64,000 nt of DNA from Macrostomum lignano (GCA_002269645.1 NIVC01000776.1:127333-191332); one strand, 5' to 3'; shown: positions 24,001 to 37,329, counted from the first letter of the stretch. Numbers and translations: made by a program. Notes: generated by a model not told the origin, from the sequence alone.

Positions 24001-26947
24001 GAACTGTTGGGGCAGGTGGATCACCTACCGGTTAGTGAACTGTTGGGGCAGGTGGATCACCTACCGGTTGGTGAACTGTTGGGGCAGGTGGATCACCTAC
24101 CGGTTGGTGAACTGTTGGGGCAGGTGAATCACCTACCGGTTGGTGAACTGTTGGGGCAGGTGGATCACCTACCGGTTAGTGAACTGTTGGGGCAGGTGGA
24201 TCACCTACCGGTTAGTGAACTGTTGGGGCAGGTGGATCACCTACCGGTTAGTGAACTGTTGGGGCAGGTGGATCACCTGACCGGTTGTTGAACTCTGGGG
24301 GCAGGTGGATCACCTACCGGTTAGTGAACTCTGGGGGCAGGTGGATCACCTACCGGTTAGTGAACTCTGGGGGCAGGTGGATCACCTACCGGTTAGTGAA
24401 CTGTTGGGGCAGGTGGATCACCTACCGGTTGGTGAACTGTTGGGGCAGGTGGATCACCTACCGGTTGGTGAACTGTTGGGGCAGGTGGATCACCTACCGG
24501 TTAGTGAACAGTTGGGGCAGGTGGATCACCTACCGGTTAGTGAACTGTTGGGGCAGGTGGATCACCTACCGGTTGGTGAACTGTTGGGGCAGGCGGATCA
24601 CCTACCGGTTGGTGAACTGTTGGGGCAGGTGGATCACCTGACCGGTTGTTGAACTCTGGGGGCAGGCAGATCACCTACCGGTTGTTGAACTCTGGGGGCA
24701 GGCGGATCACCTACCGGTTGGTGAACTCTGGGGGCAGGCGGATCACCTACCGGTTGGTGAACTGTTGGGGCAGGCGGATCACCTACCGGTTGGTGAACTC
24801 TTGGGACAGGTGGATCACCTGACCGGTTGTTGAACTCTGGGGGCAGGCGGATCACCTACCGGTTGGTGAACTCTTGGGGCAGGTGGATCACCTACCGGTT
24901 GTTGAACTCTTGGGGCAGGCGGATCACCTACCGGTTGGTGAACTCTTGGGGCAGGTGGATCACCTACCGGTTGGTGAACTGTTGGGGCAGGCGGATCACC
25001 TACCGGTTGGTGAACTCTTGGGACAGGTGGATCACCTGACCGGTTGTTGAACTCTGGGGGCAGGCGGATCACCTACCGGTTGGTGAACTCTTGGGGCAGG
25101 TGGATCACCTACCGGTTGTTGAACTCTTGGGGCAGGCGGATCACCTACCGGTTGGTGAACTCTTGGGGCAGGTGGATCACCTACCGGTTGTTGAACTCTT
25201 GGGGCAGGCGGATCACCTACCGGTTGGTGAACTCTTGGGGCAGGTGGATCACCTACCGGTTGTTGAACTCTTGGGGCAGGCGGATCACCTACCGGTTGGT
25301 GAACTCTGGGGGCAGGCGGATCACCTACCGGTTGGTGAACTCTTGGGGCAGGTGGATCACCTGACCGGTTGTTGAACTCTGGGGGCAGGCGGATCACCTA
25401 CCGGTTGGTGAACTCTGGGGGCAGGTGGATCACCTACCGGTTGGTGAACTGTTGGGGCAGGTGGATCACCTGACCGGTTGTTGAACTCTGGGGGCAGGCG
25501 GATCACCTACCGGTTGGTGAACTGTTGGGGCAGTGGATCACCAGTGGCAGTCTGAATCAAATGCGGTTTAGCTGTTGCTGTGAATATTCTCAAATATTGA
25601 TGCGAATTCCCAACTGGGACATCCCCACCGTCCCCAGGTGAACGGCCAGCTCCGCTGCATCGGCAGTCCGCAGTATCTGAAAAGCAAATTCGGCTGCGGC
25701 TTCACCGTCTACCTTCGGGTCGCCAAGCCGGCTGCCGGCACCGCGCCGGAGCTCCGGGAGGACGCGATCGCCGACTCGCCGAAGGAGTCGGCGCTGGCCG
25801 ACACGGAGGAGCTGCAGTTGCTGGAGCCCACGGCGGCTCTGACGCCGGAGATGCAGCCGGCGCACGCCGTCTTCACTGCGGCCTTTCCCGGCGCCGAGCT
25901 GCGCTCAGCCCACGTCTGCCAGCTGCAGTACCGCCTGCCCGGCGACCGGCTCGGCTGCCGCCTTGCCGGCCTCTTCGCCGAGCTGCAGGCCATGCGGAAG
26001 GCCGGCCAAGTGCTGGACTACTCGGTGACCCAGACCAGTCTGGACCAGGTGGGCGGCTGTGACTCTGCGGATTGGGGCTGGCACCGACTCCTGATTGGGG
26101 CTAGCACCCTCTCCTGATTGGGGCTAGCACCCTCTCCTGATTGGGGCTGGCACCCTCTCCTGATTGGGGCTAGCACCCTCTCCTGATTAGGGCTAGCACC
26201 CTCTCCTGATTGGGGCTGGCACCGACTCCTGATTGGGGCTGGAACCCTCTCCTGATTGGGGCTGGCACCCTCTCCTGATTGGGGCTGGCACCGACTCCTG
26301 ATTGGGGCTAGCACCCTCTCCTGATTGGGGCTAGCACCCTCTCCTGATTAGGGCTAGCACCCTCTCCTGATTGGGGCTGGCACCCTCTCCTGATTGGGGC
26401 TGGAACCCTCTCCTGATTGGGGCTGGCACCCTCTCCTGATTGGGGCTGGCACCGACTCCTGATTGGGGCTGGCACCCTCTCCTGATTGGGGCTAGCACCC
26501 TCTCCTGATTGGGGCTGGCACCCTCTCCTGATTGGGGCTGGCACCCTCTCCTGATTGGGGCTGGCACCCTCTCCTGATTGGGGCTGGCACCGACTCCTGA
26601 TTGGGGCTAGCACCCTCTCCTGATTGGGGCTAGCAGCCTCTCATCAGGTTGCTTCTGATTCCTTAACATTTGTGGTACTGAAGCAATTAAAGGTACTTTT
26701 AATTACAATAACTGTCACACTTCCAAAAAACTCGCATCGCCCAGGTGTTCATCGATTTCGCCTCGGCGAAAACCTCAGCGGATCGCAAGGAGGCCGACGA
26801 AGCCCCTGATGGCAAAGGTAAGCGCTGCTTGATTGATATGCTCTAAACTGCCTACTCGTTAGTAGCGATACGCGTATATGATGCAATTTCTGTCAATTTT
26901 CAGGATCCCAACAGTGCAAGCGAGGCGCCAACGCTGCCAGTTGCTGA
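6062..26947 (+). CDS. Full-length ABCA-subfamily ABC transporter (ABCA1/2/4/7-like), 22 exons, ~2400 aa
   Basis: Exons: 6062-6139, 6213-6433, 7235-7353, 8141-8259, 8947-9165, 9256-9336, 10083-10452, 10981-11129, 11586-11705, 12422-13072, 14144-15323, 15420-15788, 16415-16869, 17194-18055, 18863-19547, 20166-20371, 20454-20892, 21284-21426, 21665-21923, 25638-26048, 26745-26817, 26904-26947. All are GT-AG and phases fit except for one missing base near 17545. Motifs: N-terminal [36 protein letters not shown]; NBD1 GHNGAGKST / LSGGMKRRL / VVLDEPTAG / TTHHMDEAD; VWFDNRGY; NBD2 GVNGAGKTT / YSGGNKRKL / FLDEPTAG / TSHSMEDC; C-terminal SLDQVF. The ECD1 exons (7.2-11.7 kb) are less certain. Confidence 0.93.
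6537..7162. repeat. Intronic minisatellite, 46-bp unit (GGGGGTTGCAAGCCCAGACTCCCAGCCTGCATCCACTGGACTGTAG)
   Basis: About 13 tandem copies in ABCA intron 2. Confidence 0.95.
7597..8095. repeat. Intronic minisatellite, 14-bp unit (ATCGCTAATCCTAT)
   Basis: Tandem array in ABCA intron 3. Confidence 0.95.
8570..8832. repeat. Intronic minisatellite, 20-bp unit (GCGCCAAGGTGTCAGGATGA)
   Basis: Tandem array in ABCA intron 4. Confidence 0.92.
9445..10020. repeat. Intronic minisatellite, ~20-bp unit (GTGAGTCAGTGGGATCTCAA)
   Basis: Tandem array in ABCA intron 6. Confidence 0.92.
11205..11510. repeat. Degenerate intronic minisatellite, ~22-bp unit (GAGTGAATCTCAGCTTATGGAG)
   Basis: Recurrent GAGTGAATCT in ABCA intron 8. 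Confidence 0.85.
11850..12310. repeat. Intronic minisatellite, 18-bp unit (TCCTCATTTCCAGGTCTA)
   Basis: Tandem array in ABCA intron 9; it explains the spurious ISMSIL / HFHVYP ORFs. Confidence 0.93.
13095..13728. repeat. Intronic minisatellite, 38-bp unit made of two 19-bp subunits (CCCTATGCTGTACTGTACA / CCCTATGTTATTCTGTACA)
   Basis: Tandem array in ABCA intron 10. Confidence 0.95.
13745..14026 (+). mobile_element. Decayed hAT-type MITE, same family as 60189-60723, left TIR missing
   Basis: Shares CCAGATAGAGAACC..GCATGACTGCG, a GA-rich core and GGATTGCTATTGT..AAAGGACC..GCCGGAT..GAGGCTT..GGCCGGAGTT with the 60.2-kb copy. Confidence 0.75.
15812..16310. repeat. Intronic minisatellite, 18-bp unit (TGCTCACTTCCTGCTCAC)
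   Basis: Tandem array in ABCA intron 12. Confidence 0.95.
16900..17115. repeat. Intronic minisatellite, 18-bp unit (GGGTAGACTGGGTAGTCA)
   Basis: Tandem array in ABCA intron 13. Confidence 0.95.
18225..18690. repeat. Intronic minisatellite, 16-bp unit (GACCCCTAACTCCATT)
   Basis: Tandem array in ABCA intron 14. Confidence 0.92.
19732..20042 (-). mobile_element. tRNA-derived SINE (family 2, copy 1) in ABCA intron 15
   Basis: Aligns to 40371-40570. The minus strand begins GGCCGTAGCCCAGTCG (A box) and has a B-box-like ACTCGATTCC. It carries ~150 bp extra (about 19808-19955) relative to copy 2. Confidence 0.8.
20960..21160. repeat. Intronic minisatellite, 40-bp unit (GGGGTAGAGTGAGGGTATCGGAGCCCTAAAAGCACTGGAA)
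   Basis: About 5 copies in ABCA intron 17. Confidence 0.88.
22015..22860. repeat. Intronic minisatellite, 20-bp unit (AGATCTGTAGCTCTCATGGA)
   Basis: Tandem array in ABCA intron 19. Confidence 0.95.
23150..23450 (-). mobile_element. Degenerate 3' fragment of a CR1/L2/Jockey-group LINE ORF2
   Basis: Minus-strand translation [14 protein letters not shown] resembles the SFxPxxxxLWNxLP motif at the end of these LINE ORF2s; upstream frames are broken. Confidence 0.5.
23930..25540. repeat. Intronic minisatellite, 36-bp unit (CTACCGGTTGGTGAACTGTTGGGGCAGGTGGATCAC)
   Basis: A ~1.6-kb array in ABCA intron 19; variants form higher-order blocks. Confidence 0.95.
26070..26632. repeat. Intronic minisatellite, 23-bp unit (GATTGGGGCTGGCACCCTCTCCT)
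   Basis: Tandem array in ABCA intron 20. Confidence 0.95.
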
Positions 26948-29746
26948 TTAACGCGGACTTCGAAGTTTTTTTTACCATTTGAGATTTTTCTCATTCTGAG
27001 ACAATTATTCTTTTCGAAGCAACAGTTGTACTCTAGTACCAGTTTTTTTTAAGCGTTGTCCTCTTAGAAATCAATCAGCTGCGTCATTAGCTTATCATTC
27101 TCTGTTTTTTCCTTGCCTTTTAACTGTCTCGTCCTGTATTGCTTATTTTCTGCTGATGCGTGATTAGTATTGATTATTACTACTGCAGCCGGCATGTGGC
27201 GGCCCAGCTGGATTTGATTCACTGAATTCTTCCATGGCTTGCCCTGTTAGTTTTGAATGATTTCAAACAGTTGGTTTTAGCAATAATTTGCGCATCTTGG
27301 TTTATTTTAACGCAGCTGCTGTGTCAATCATTCACATGTTATTTTGCCCCAGTTAATTATATCTGAGCACGCACCGCACTGACCATAAACAGGTATATTG
27401 CTTCAGCAGCAGAGAGCTGTCTAACATATAATTTTCCTCTTCATGTGCACCAATGCAACGGCTTTACAGAGAATCTATAAGCTACACGTGTAGTTAGCGG
27501 TCTGCAATCTCCTAACTTATGCATGCAGAGAATCAAGTGTAACTGTCTTACTATCGTTTCTCTGTCTTTCACGGTTCAATTTAATTCGCATTGAGTTTTT
27601 CGTCATTTTAACATTGTTTTATTCTCGTTTTATTTTATTTTTTTATTCGACGTGTCCCGAATTTTTTTCCTCTAAGGAAATTTGCACTTAGGGCTGGCCG
27701 CCCAGTTCAGTCCCAATATGGCCTTTTGCCCAGTGTTCAGCTTCTCATATTCGTCAATGCTGAATATTAAAACATGCTAATTGTCGCGAGTCCTGCACAG
27801 CTGTCTATCCTGTGGATCAAATTTTAATTATTTTCGTTTATTATGAACAACGTTTATCCTTGTAGAAAAATTTTAGTATATGTATCACTCTCTGATTGGT
27901 TAAATATAAACGATGTACTCGTTCAAGTATGCATTATCATACATCTTAATGTTAAAATCTCGTACCTGTTATTATTCAATACTGCTTAAACCAATGGCTT
28001 TGGCGTTTTCTAGCTTAATTTAGTCTCGTGCTGCAAGTTCAGGGCACTAAACAATATTGAAGGGGTCAATAGAGTGATTCGTATTTTTTAGTTTTTAGGT
28101 GCTCATTTTTATATAGATTGCCTGCTTAGTCTATAGCATTAAGAATTTTGCAAAGCTTGGAATAAGAAGTTGAAAAATGAATTATTTTAAACTTAATTTC
28201 TTCATATTGCTTTTAACCGGGCCTAAAAACTTGCGTCTATTACACTTCCACTATAATTGGCTTTGTTTGCAAAACTTAAATATTTGATGCATGCATGTCA
28301 CAGATACAGAAATTAACATTGCGTTTTGCGTTTAGAATCTTGAGTTTTAAAATAGCTTCCCAGAATTGATTGCGCCCTTGAGTCAGCCGATCTTCTGGCC
28401 TTTATGAGTTGAGTAGTCATCACAATTGTGTACTCGCGAATCCAAATCCGAACTCGAAATTTTGTCAAAAATTAAACAAAATTTGAAATCCTTTTTTTAA
28501 TAAGATTTCTAATTTTACCTTAATAATACTAATGATCGAAATTTTTTACTTTTTATCAAAGTATATACGAAAAATAACAGACTTCATGATTTTTTATAAA
28601 CTGGTTGGAATGGACAATTTTTTAACAACCGGTCGCTATCGGGCAAGGTACAGTTAAGTTTTAAGCCAAATATTTTACATTTCATCGGGCCTTGCAGTAG
28701 GCTTATCATATTGCAATTGAATGCACAATGTGAATTTTTGTTTTTTGATTAGTAGACGGAGGTACAATGGTTCCTTGACAGTTTTTGACAAGACCTACCT
28801 GTAGCTTTTCATTTCATTATTGTTTTTTTAGATTTCATCTTAGAGTTGCCTCTTAGAGTTTTGCATCTATCGACCATCATCAATATCATTGTCTTATGCG
28901 TAGGTGTACCGATCATACGTAGGATAGCCTATACTGTTCATAACTGCCATATTTCATAGTCAAAGGTCAAAGAAAGCACTTTCTCACATGCCTAACTCAG
29001 TAATGGAGTTGCATTTAATCATTCATAGCCCAGTGGGTGCACCAGCAGAAAAATTTGTTTGGACATCTAGAAATTTAGAGTTGCAGGTAAGCTGTAGAAT
29101 ATGTTTGGTTTGGTCCTCTAAAATGCTTATGACAGCTTTTGTCTATGAACATGCTGAATTTTTGTAATTTTAAAATATGAAAATTATAAATCAATCACTT
29201 ATTTACTATAGTATAATGGTTAAGTTCTAATTAGGCCTAATTATATTTTATTAAAAATGCTACAAATATAAAAAACTTGTTTGAATAACTAGTATTAGTA
29301 CTAACAGGCCTATATTTTTATTATTAAGAAATAATATTATTATAGAGCCATAGTCAGGAAGATAGCCTTTTTGAAAATTCTGGTGCAAGAAGGAGTTGGA
29401 TGTGCACTGTGCCAGTGCATTCCAATGCAACAGCAGGCAAGGGAAAAATCTGGCGCAATACAGTGCAAGACAAAAAAATGGCACAATTTGATGCAAGACA
29501 AAAACTTTTGATAAGACAAAAATTTCTTTGACAGAAAATTAGCATGTAATTTCTTTTTATTAACACTTTTTGTTTGCCAGTATATTGATGGCTTTTTATT
29601 TAATTTGCATTAACATTGCATTTTCTATGAAACAGATTCAAATACAAGTTTTACCAGTATTTTTCAAATGGAAAATGTACTGATTTTTGCATTTTTTCAA
29701 AAATTTGTTGTACATAACATGAGCAGAGTTTTTTGATAAGAATAAT

Positions 29747-31571
29747 GGCATTCTTTTGTTTTACAATCACCTAGCACTGTCTCTATAGGAGTCGAGACTT
29801 TTGTTATACGATTCCCCCACAGCCCTATTGGAATAAGTTTCAAGAACCCGCGGATGCACGACATGGGTGCCAAAATTGTGCCCTCAAAAGTGCAACGCGA
29901 CACCAAATTTTGTTGGCTGGAGGGCAGCAACGCGCGACGCAACACTGATGTCTGTTGACCGAATGACCGGGGGGGAGGGGGGAGGACGCCACAGCAGCCA
30001 CATTGCTATTGACAATTCTCGTTCTGCCGTTCACTCCCGACACCAAGACCATGGAGCGAGAGACGAGAGTATTCCTTTTAATTTTGCAGAAAAAGAAATG
30101 AAATTTAAAAACAATAAACAGTAAAAAAACAAAGGTACAACAGTTAGAAAAAAAGCGCATGCATTTTAACTAAAAAGTAACCTTTCTAAAAATTATATTT
30201 GAAGTATTAGTTATTTTACTGTCAAAATAAAAAAGAACAATTCAACAATTTGTTTTTATCAAACATGTTTGAAACATTTAAATACCGAGAAACAACTGTG
30301 TACATAATACAATGAAACAGTTTACGAGGTTTTGGCTGTAGATCCAGGCCGCAATGCGACACATGACGACACCAGCCGCCAAGTTGCCACACTTTTGCGT
30401 CTTGTTATGTTGTGTCGCGCGACACGACGCATGACGACACCAGGTTTCCACAGTGTCGTGCAACGCGACACACCACTTGACACCACTGTCGCGCGACGCA
30501 ACACCAGGAGAATCTAAAAATGCGACGGATGGTCGTCCGCATTTTGTCAACTTATTCCAATAGGGCCCCACAGAGGATGGAAAATTGCTCTTAAAATCAA
30601 ACTTCAAAATAGGACTACTTCTAAGTGCTCCATTTTAACACAAAATCTGGTCTTATAGAAATTAGAAGCCTGTCCTTATATTCACTTTTGTTATGCAATC
30701 ATTTAAATAGATGGTGATGGATTTATATGCAGATGATCATAAGACAAAACCAAAAGAGCTTATAGATTTTGACTTACAATCATACCAATAGTAAAATTGT
30801 ATTAGAGAGATCATATGATGAAATGGTAGGAAATTGTTGCTATAATAGATGTTTCAACCAAACAATCAATTGCAGCCTCTAATATGTCTGCGAACCAAAA
30901 GCCACCCAGCTCTTTTTACACGGCTCTTTTTGCACGCCTTTTCAGGCACCGCTGCCGCCCCATGCCCTCTTTCACTTTTGTCATACAATCACCCCTCAGT
31001 ATAACACATAAACTGGGTCCAATAAACTGGGGGATCGTATGACAAAAGTGAGGGGGGGGCGGCGCTTGCAAATCTTATAATGAATACAATTTCATTCTTG
31101 AACCCTGTAGATCATTGATGGAGATTGATGTAGCAGTTCGTATCCAAAGCTGCCATGAACTAGTGCAACTTTGCCAGGGATGTAATGTGTAATCCATTCA
31201 TTTTTGTCATATGATCCCTTTAATACAATTCTACCAATGTGGTGATCGTAATTTGAAACCTATAAGCTTTTTTGGTTTCGTCTTGCAATCATCTATGACA
31301 TATAAATTCACCAGTTAAATGATCATATGACAAAAGTGAATATAAGCTATGTGCTTTCATAACTAATGCTACGCCCACAATCCTCAAGTTGACTAAAAAG
31401 TGAATTGTAGTGATGGATTAGGTTGACTGGAAAGTGAGTTACAATGATTTTGTTCTTGGAAAATAAATGTGAAATGTTTTTTTGATAAACTAGTGTCTTT
31501 TCGACTCTTTTTTAATGGGGATTGTAAGACAAAACTTGACCTGCTCAGGGATTGTAAAACAAAAGAATGCC
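29747..31571. mobile_element. Non-autonomous foldback-like DNA element (GGCATTC-TIR family, copy A) containing a nested insertion
   Basis: TIR GGCATTCTTTTGTTTTACAATC at 29747 with its inverse ending at 31571. Flanks AGAATAAT / AGAATAGT (8-bp TSD, 7/8 match). Internal inverted arms at ~30685-30835 and ~31190-31346. Confidence 0.85.
29822..30566. mobile_element. Unclassified 745-bp TIR element nested in copy A
   Basis: Perfect 18-bp TIR GCCCTATTGGAATAAGTT; CCCACA directly repeated on both sides (29816-29821 and 30567-30572); many CGCGAC/GCGACAC subterminal motifs. Confidence 0.82.
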
Positions 31572-31701
31572 AGAATAGTTTTGGCACATAGCGCAAGCTA
31601 ACTTTTTTGATAGGATTTGTTCTAGCACATAGCACAATCAAACTTTTTTATAGGATTCATTCTGGCACAGGCGTGCTATGATCCTAACTATGGCTATAGT
31701 A

Positions 31702-32028
31702 TAGAGAGCTTGCATGCATGGCAGCTATCCACCCAGTGTTTTAATTGCATGCATGGTAGCCAGCAGACAGCCAATATAGCAAATACCAAATTGGACCCTT
31801 TTCTTCAAATCTGCACATTGTTACTCATAGAACTTATTTATTAATTTATTATTTGTTTCATCCTATGTAAAATGTAACTTCAATTTATAGCTAATTTTTG
31901 TTAATTCAGATATTAATTTCCAATAATTTAAATTGCTAATGACATACTGTATAATAAGTTAAAGATGCAGTTGTTATGCATGCAATTTAAACACTAGGTG
32001 GATAGCTGCTATGCATGCAAGCTCTCTG
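31702..32028. mobile_element. Tc1/mariner-type MITE
   Basis: ~50-bp TIR (C/T)AGAGAGCTTGCATGCAT(G/A)GCAGCTATCCACC, with TA on both flanks. Confidence 0.82.
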
Positions 32029-32220
32029 TATATACTAATACAATTTCAATTTATTCACAAAGTACTTTTCACTTAAATTTAGCTAAACTAACAACTTTAT
32101 TAAGTAATTTTTCTTACTTTTAGGAATATAAGTAAAGGTCAAATATGATCTAATAGATCCTGATCCTAAAGTAAGATCCCAAGGAAAATTGGATTCCTAA
32201 TAGAATATAGATTATGACCT

Positions 32221-33765
<1,545 letters not shown>

Positions 33766-34969
33766 GACTTCTAGACTACAATAACAGGATGTAAAACTCA
33801 AAGATCATGAATTTTTTGGAGGCCAGAATTTCCTGGAAAAAATACACTGCAAAGATAGGAAAAAATCAGTTTTTGGTCACAAAATCAGTGATTGTATTTG
33901 ATCTGGGGCAGTGAAGACTACTATTATTTTAATTTAACATGCACAACATGTTACTCTATTATATTTTCATATAGCTGTGTAGTGAAGTTTTCATTTTCAT
34001 ATTGTTTTCACTTTATTTCATAAGCCCAAATTTGCAAATACTGACCTTAAAAAACAAGAATTTAAACAGGACTTTTGATTCAAAATTAGTGATTACTTAG
34101 GCATTCTTTTGTTTTATAATACTAGCATTTTGCATTAAATTTGTTATACAATACCCAATTGAAAATAGTAAGTAAAAAATTAAAGAAATAGAAATCTTGA
34201 CAATCAAAAACCAAGTTTGTAGAACAAGGTTCTTATATTTACTTTCATTTTACAATGCCTGTAATTAGAGATATTCATTTCATAGTTTGGAATGCTCTAT
34301 ATGTAGAAAAAATGATCAAATTTTTTGGTCTATGCTGATATGCACCAAATACATTATCTTACACAGCTTCAAATTGTCAATTTTGAAATTTTGAAAAGTA
34401 AAAATTAATGATTGCATTTGTATAACTTTCATATAAAAAACAATAAACAACAAACCCTAGAAATCTGTGGTATATATGCCTTTTTCTTAACTCATTCCAG
34501 TCATTAATGATATTATATTATAAAAGTAAGGACAGAAATGTTAAGTCCAACAAGTTGAACAAAACTATTTTAGTTTCCTATCTAGACGTTGTCCCAATCA
34601 TTGTCAAAAAGATAGTCATCAGAACAAATAGGTGAAGTTGTTAGTGTATTGCAATTGTAGTTCCCAGAATATAGTTCCAATTATAGAAAGCAGCAAAGAC
34701 ATTGATGCAAAATTTAATAGTAAATGAACTATGCATTATCATATAAAAACACAAGTTGGCATTCCCTTCACTTACATTTTATAATATATTATTAAGGATA
34801 TTGTAAAACAAAACTAAATATAAGGATTGTGTTTTAGTAAGCTACAAGTAGGATTTTTGTAATTGGCTATCTGTTCCAATTCTTACTATTCTCCATTGGG
34901 TATCATATAAAAATTTGAGACAAGTAATCAATTGAATATAAGTATCATAAGGGTCATTCTACAATAAGG

Positions 34970-35162
34970 CAATGGTTCTCAACCTGTGGGTTGCAACCCC
35001 CAGTGAGGTCGCGTGACCGTTTTTGGGGGGTTGCAACACTGAGAAATGTTTGAGTATGTCATACTTAATGATGCATTATATTGATTATTAAAGGGGTCAC
35101 AAACATTAAAACATTATGTAAGTTAATAAACTTGGGTTGCCTAAAAAGGTTGAGAACCCCTG
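34970..35162. mobile_element. hAT (Charlie/MER-type) MITE, 193 bp
   Basis: Termini CAATGGTTCTCAACCT ... AGGTTGAGAACCCCTG; 8-bp flanks CAATAAGG / CAATAAAG. Confidence 0.88.
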
Positions 35163-35533
35163 CAATAAAGGTTCCATCATGTTTTTTAACTTTAAGCACT
35201 TGTAACTTTTGAACCACAAAATAAAGGTAAATATCAACATGAAGTATTATTTGAGTTGCCGATGCATTTCGTCCATTTGCATTAGGACATCGTCAGGGTC
35301 TTTTTATTGAGAAACAATTTGAACGAATATTCAGTATATATAAATAGTTGAGAGTAACAAGAGTAGTTGAATTGAGTTTTTAATTGATGGTTTAAAACTT
35401 GTACATAGTAATCAATTTTTGATACAGTATTGGTTGGGTAAAGTGCATATTTGAATTAGAATTACTAGAAATGTAATTCTAGTCAGTTATTTCTCTATAT
35501 ATCACTCAAATACCAAAGTTTAATGTTAGTAGA

Positions 35534-35773
35534 ATGAATATAGCTAAGCTATACTGCTTAGCTATTGCTATTACTGCCCATGTCTCTCTTGCAATCCAAG
35601 AAGAGCCTATTGCTATGGCTGCTACAAAAGTTAACAATCTTTTTGAAAAACTTGCTGGCTTTGCTGTGCTACCTGCTGGCTTTGCCAAGTCTTTTGCTGG
35701 CTTTGCAACACCACCTGCTAGCTTTGCTAAGTTGCCTTCTGACTTTGCTATGCTATCTGCTGGCTTGACATAA
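35534..35773 (+). CDS. Possible small secreted peptide (79 aa) with 7-aa AGFA repeats
   Basis: ATG ORF with a hydrophobic N-terminus (LYCLAIAITAHVSLA), followed by 21-nt repeats encoding LAGFAVL PAGFAKS FAGFATP PASFAKL PSDFAML. No homology recognised. Confidence 0.3.
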   Translation: MNIAKLYCLAIAITAHVSLAIQEEPIAMAATKVNNLFEKLAGFAVLPAGFAKSFAGFATPPASFAKLPSDFAMLSAGLT

Positions 35774-37329
35774 TTAAAACAAAATTGCCTTTTTTATGGC
35801 AATATATTAATTATGCAAAGACTTATGGCAATATATTAAATTTCAACAAGTATTGTAGCTTGATAAATTTGCTAAAAGAAAAAATTTAGGAACATCTTCT
35901 ATATACTGATTTCCTACTATTATAATATATGAAGTTTATGATTTATTTACTGTAGACAATAAGACTTGCTACTATACTATATTTACTTACTCATTAAAAT
36001 GAATGTTTTGGTCATTGACTTAGTAGCTTTCTAGTATTAGATAGCATTATAACAAGTTTTGAAGCATAGAAATAGTGTTACTCAGGTTTGAAGTCCCTTA
36101 GGTAATTTTTTACTTAAAATAGCTCATAGATTAATTTCTAGGAGTCAAAAAGTTAACTAATGGAACTTGAAAATTGCTATAAAATATACTTTAGAATGCT
36201 TCTATGCTTTAGAACAATTATAGTTAGTAAAAATGCTTTTTGTAATCTTCCCACTTGTCATTTAATCAATGCACCCACTTTAAGCCATAGAAAACTTGCA
36301 GATATTTTTGCAACAGGCCCATGAGAATGAGAATTGCCTGCTAAGATTTAGCTACAAGAGATTTGCCCACTGAGATTTGCCCCTAGTGCAGGATATAAAT
36401 GTTTGAATTGAAAAAAAATGTATAATACAATGGGTTTTCAAATAAACGAAGAACATGAGCAATAGCAAATGGGTTTTTCAAAGGAATGGAAAACAGTTTT
36501 TTAGTCTTACCAATTAAATACTATAATAATATTTGTTAACAAACTTCAAATTGTTATTTTCCTTGGCTATGTTCTTGAGAAAGGACCTGAATTATGAAAA
36601 GTAATTATTAGAAAAACAGAATAACAATCATGCAATGCAATTGCATTGACACACAGGGACTTGCTATAGTCTAATCTTGATATTTTCAAAACAGATGATT
36701 ACAAACAATGGGACCATAGAAATATATGATGTGAGTAGAGCCAAAGATTTCCAGATATATGGGGCGTTGTCATTTACTGCTGCCAAGGCACTGGCCAACA
36801 TTGTTATCTTGTGGCTGTCTACTAGCTAGGTGAAATTGTCTTTAGGCTCTCCACCATTGCCACCAAGACCTAGCTAAGCAACATTGGCTTTTGGCTATCC
36901 ACTGGTGCTGCTCAGACCTGGCTAGCGAATGTTGTCTTGCAACTGCCCACTGGCACCACCAAGACCTGACTAGGTGATGTTGGCTTGTCACTATCACCAC
37001 CAAGATCCAGCTAGACAATGTCTTGTGGCTGTCTTCCACTGCTGCCAAGGATTTAGCTAGACAACATCTGGCAACTGAACTACAGCCAGTTGACAATTGA
37101 GCAGCATCATGTAGGGTTATTCAGAGGGAGACCAGCTGATACACTCAACTTGCATAGAACCTTCAGAGAAGTTGTTTGTCCATTGCTTAATAGGTTATAC
37201 TGCTGCCAAATTTGGATACTTTTAAGCACATTGCATTTCCTCAATCTTGGCAGATTGCAACACCACATTTTAGTCTATTTAGACTAGCTGCACAGGTTGA
37301 AAAAAGGAATTTTGTTAAGGAATAAAGCG

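Noticed and set aside
23881-25397. Long repeat-peptide ORFs ([23 protein letters not shown])
   Set aside because: They are translations of a 36-bp minisatellite. The flanking exons join directly in NBD2 (LTIM|VNGQ), leaving no room for an exon.
28351-28407. ELIAPLSQPIFWPL peptide loosely resembling the DOT1L N-terminus
   Set aside because: It has no ATG, stops on both sides and no usable donor, so it is probably chance.
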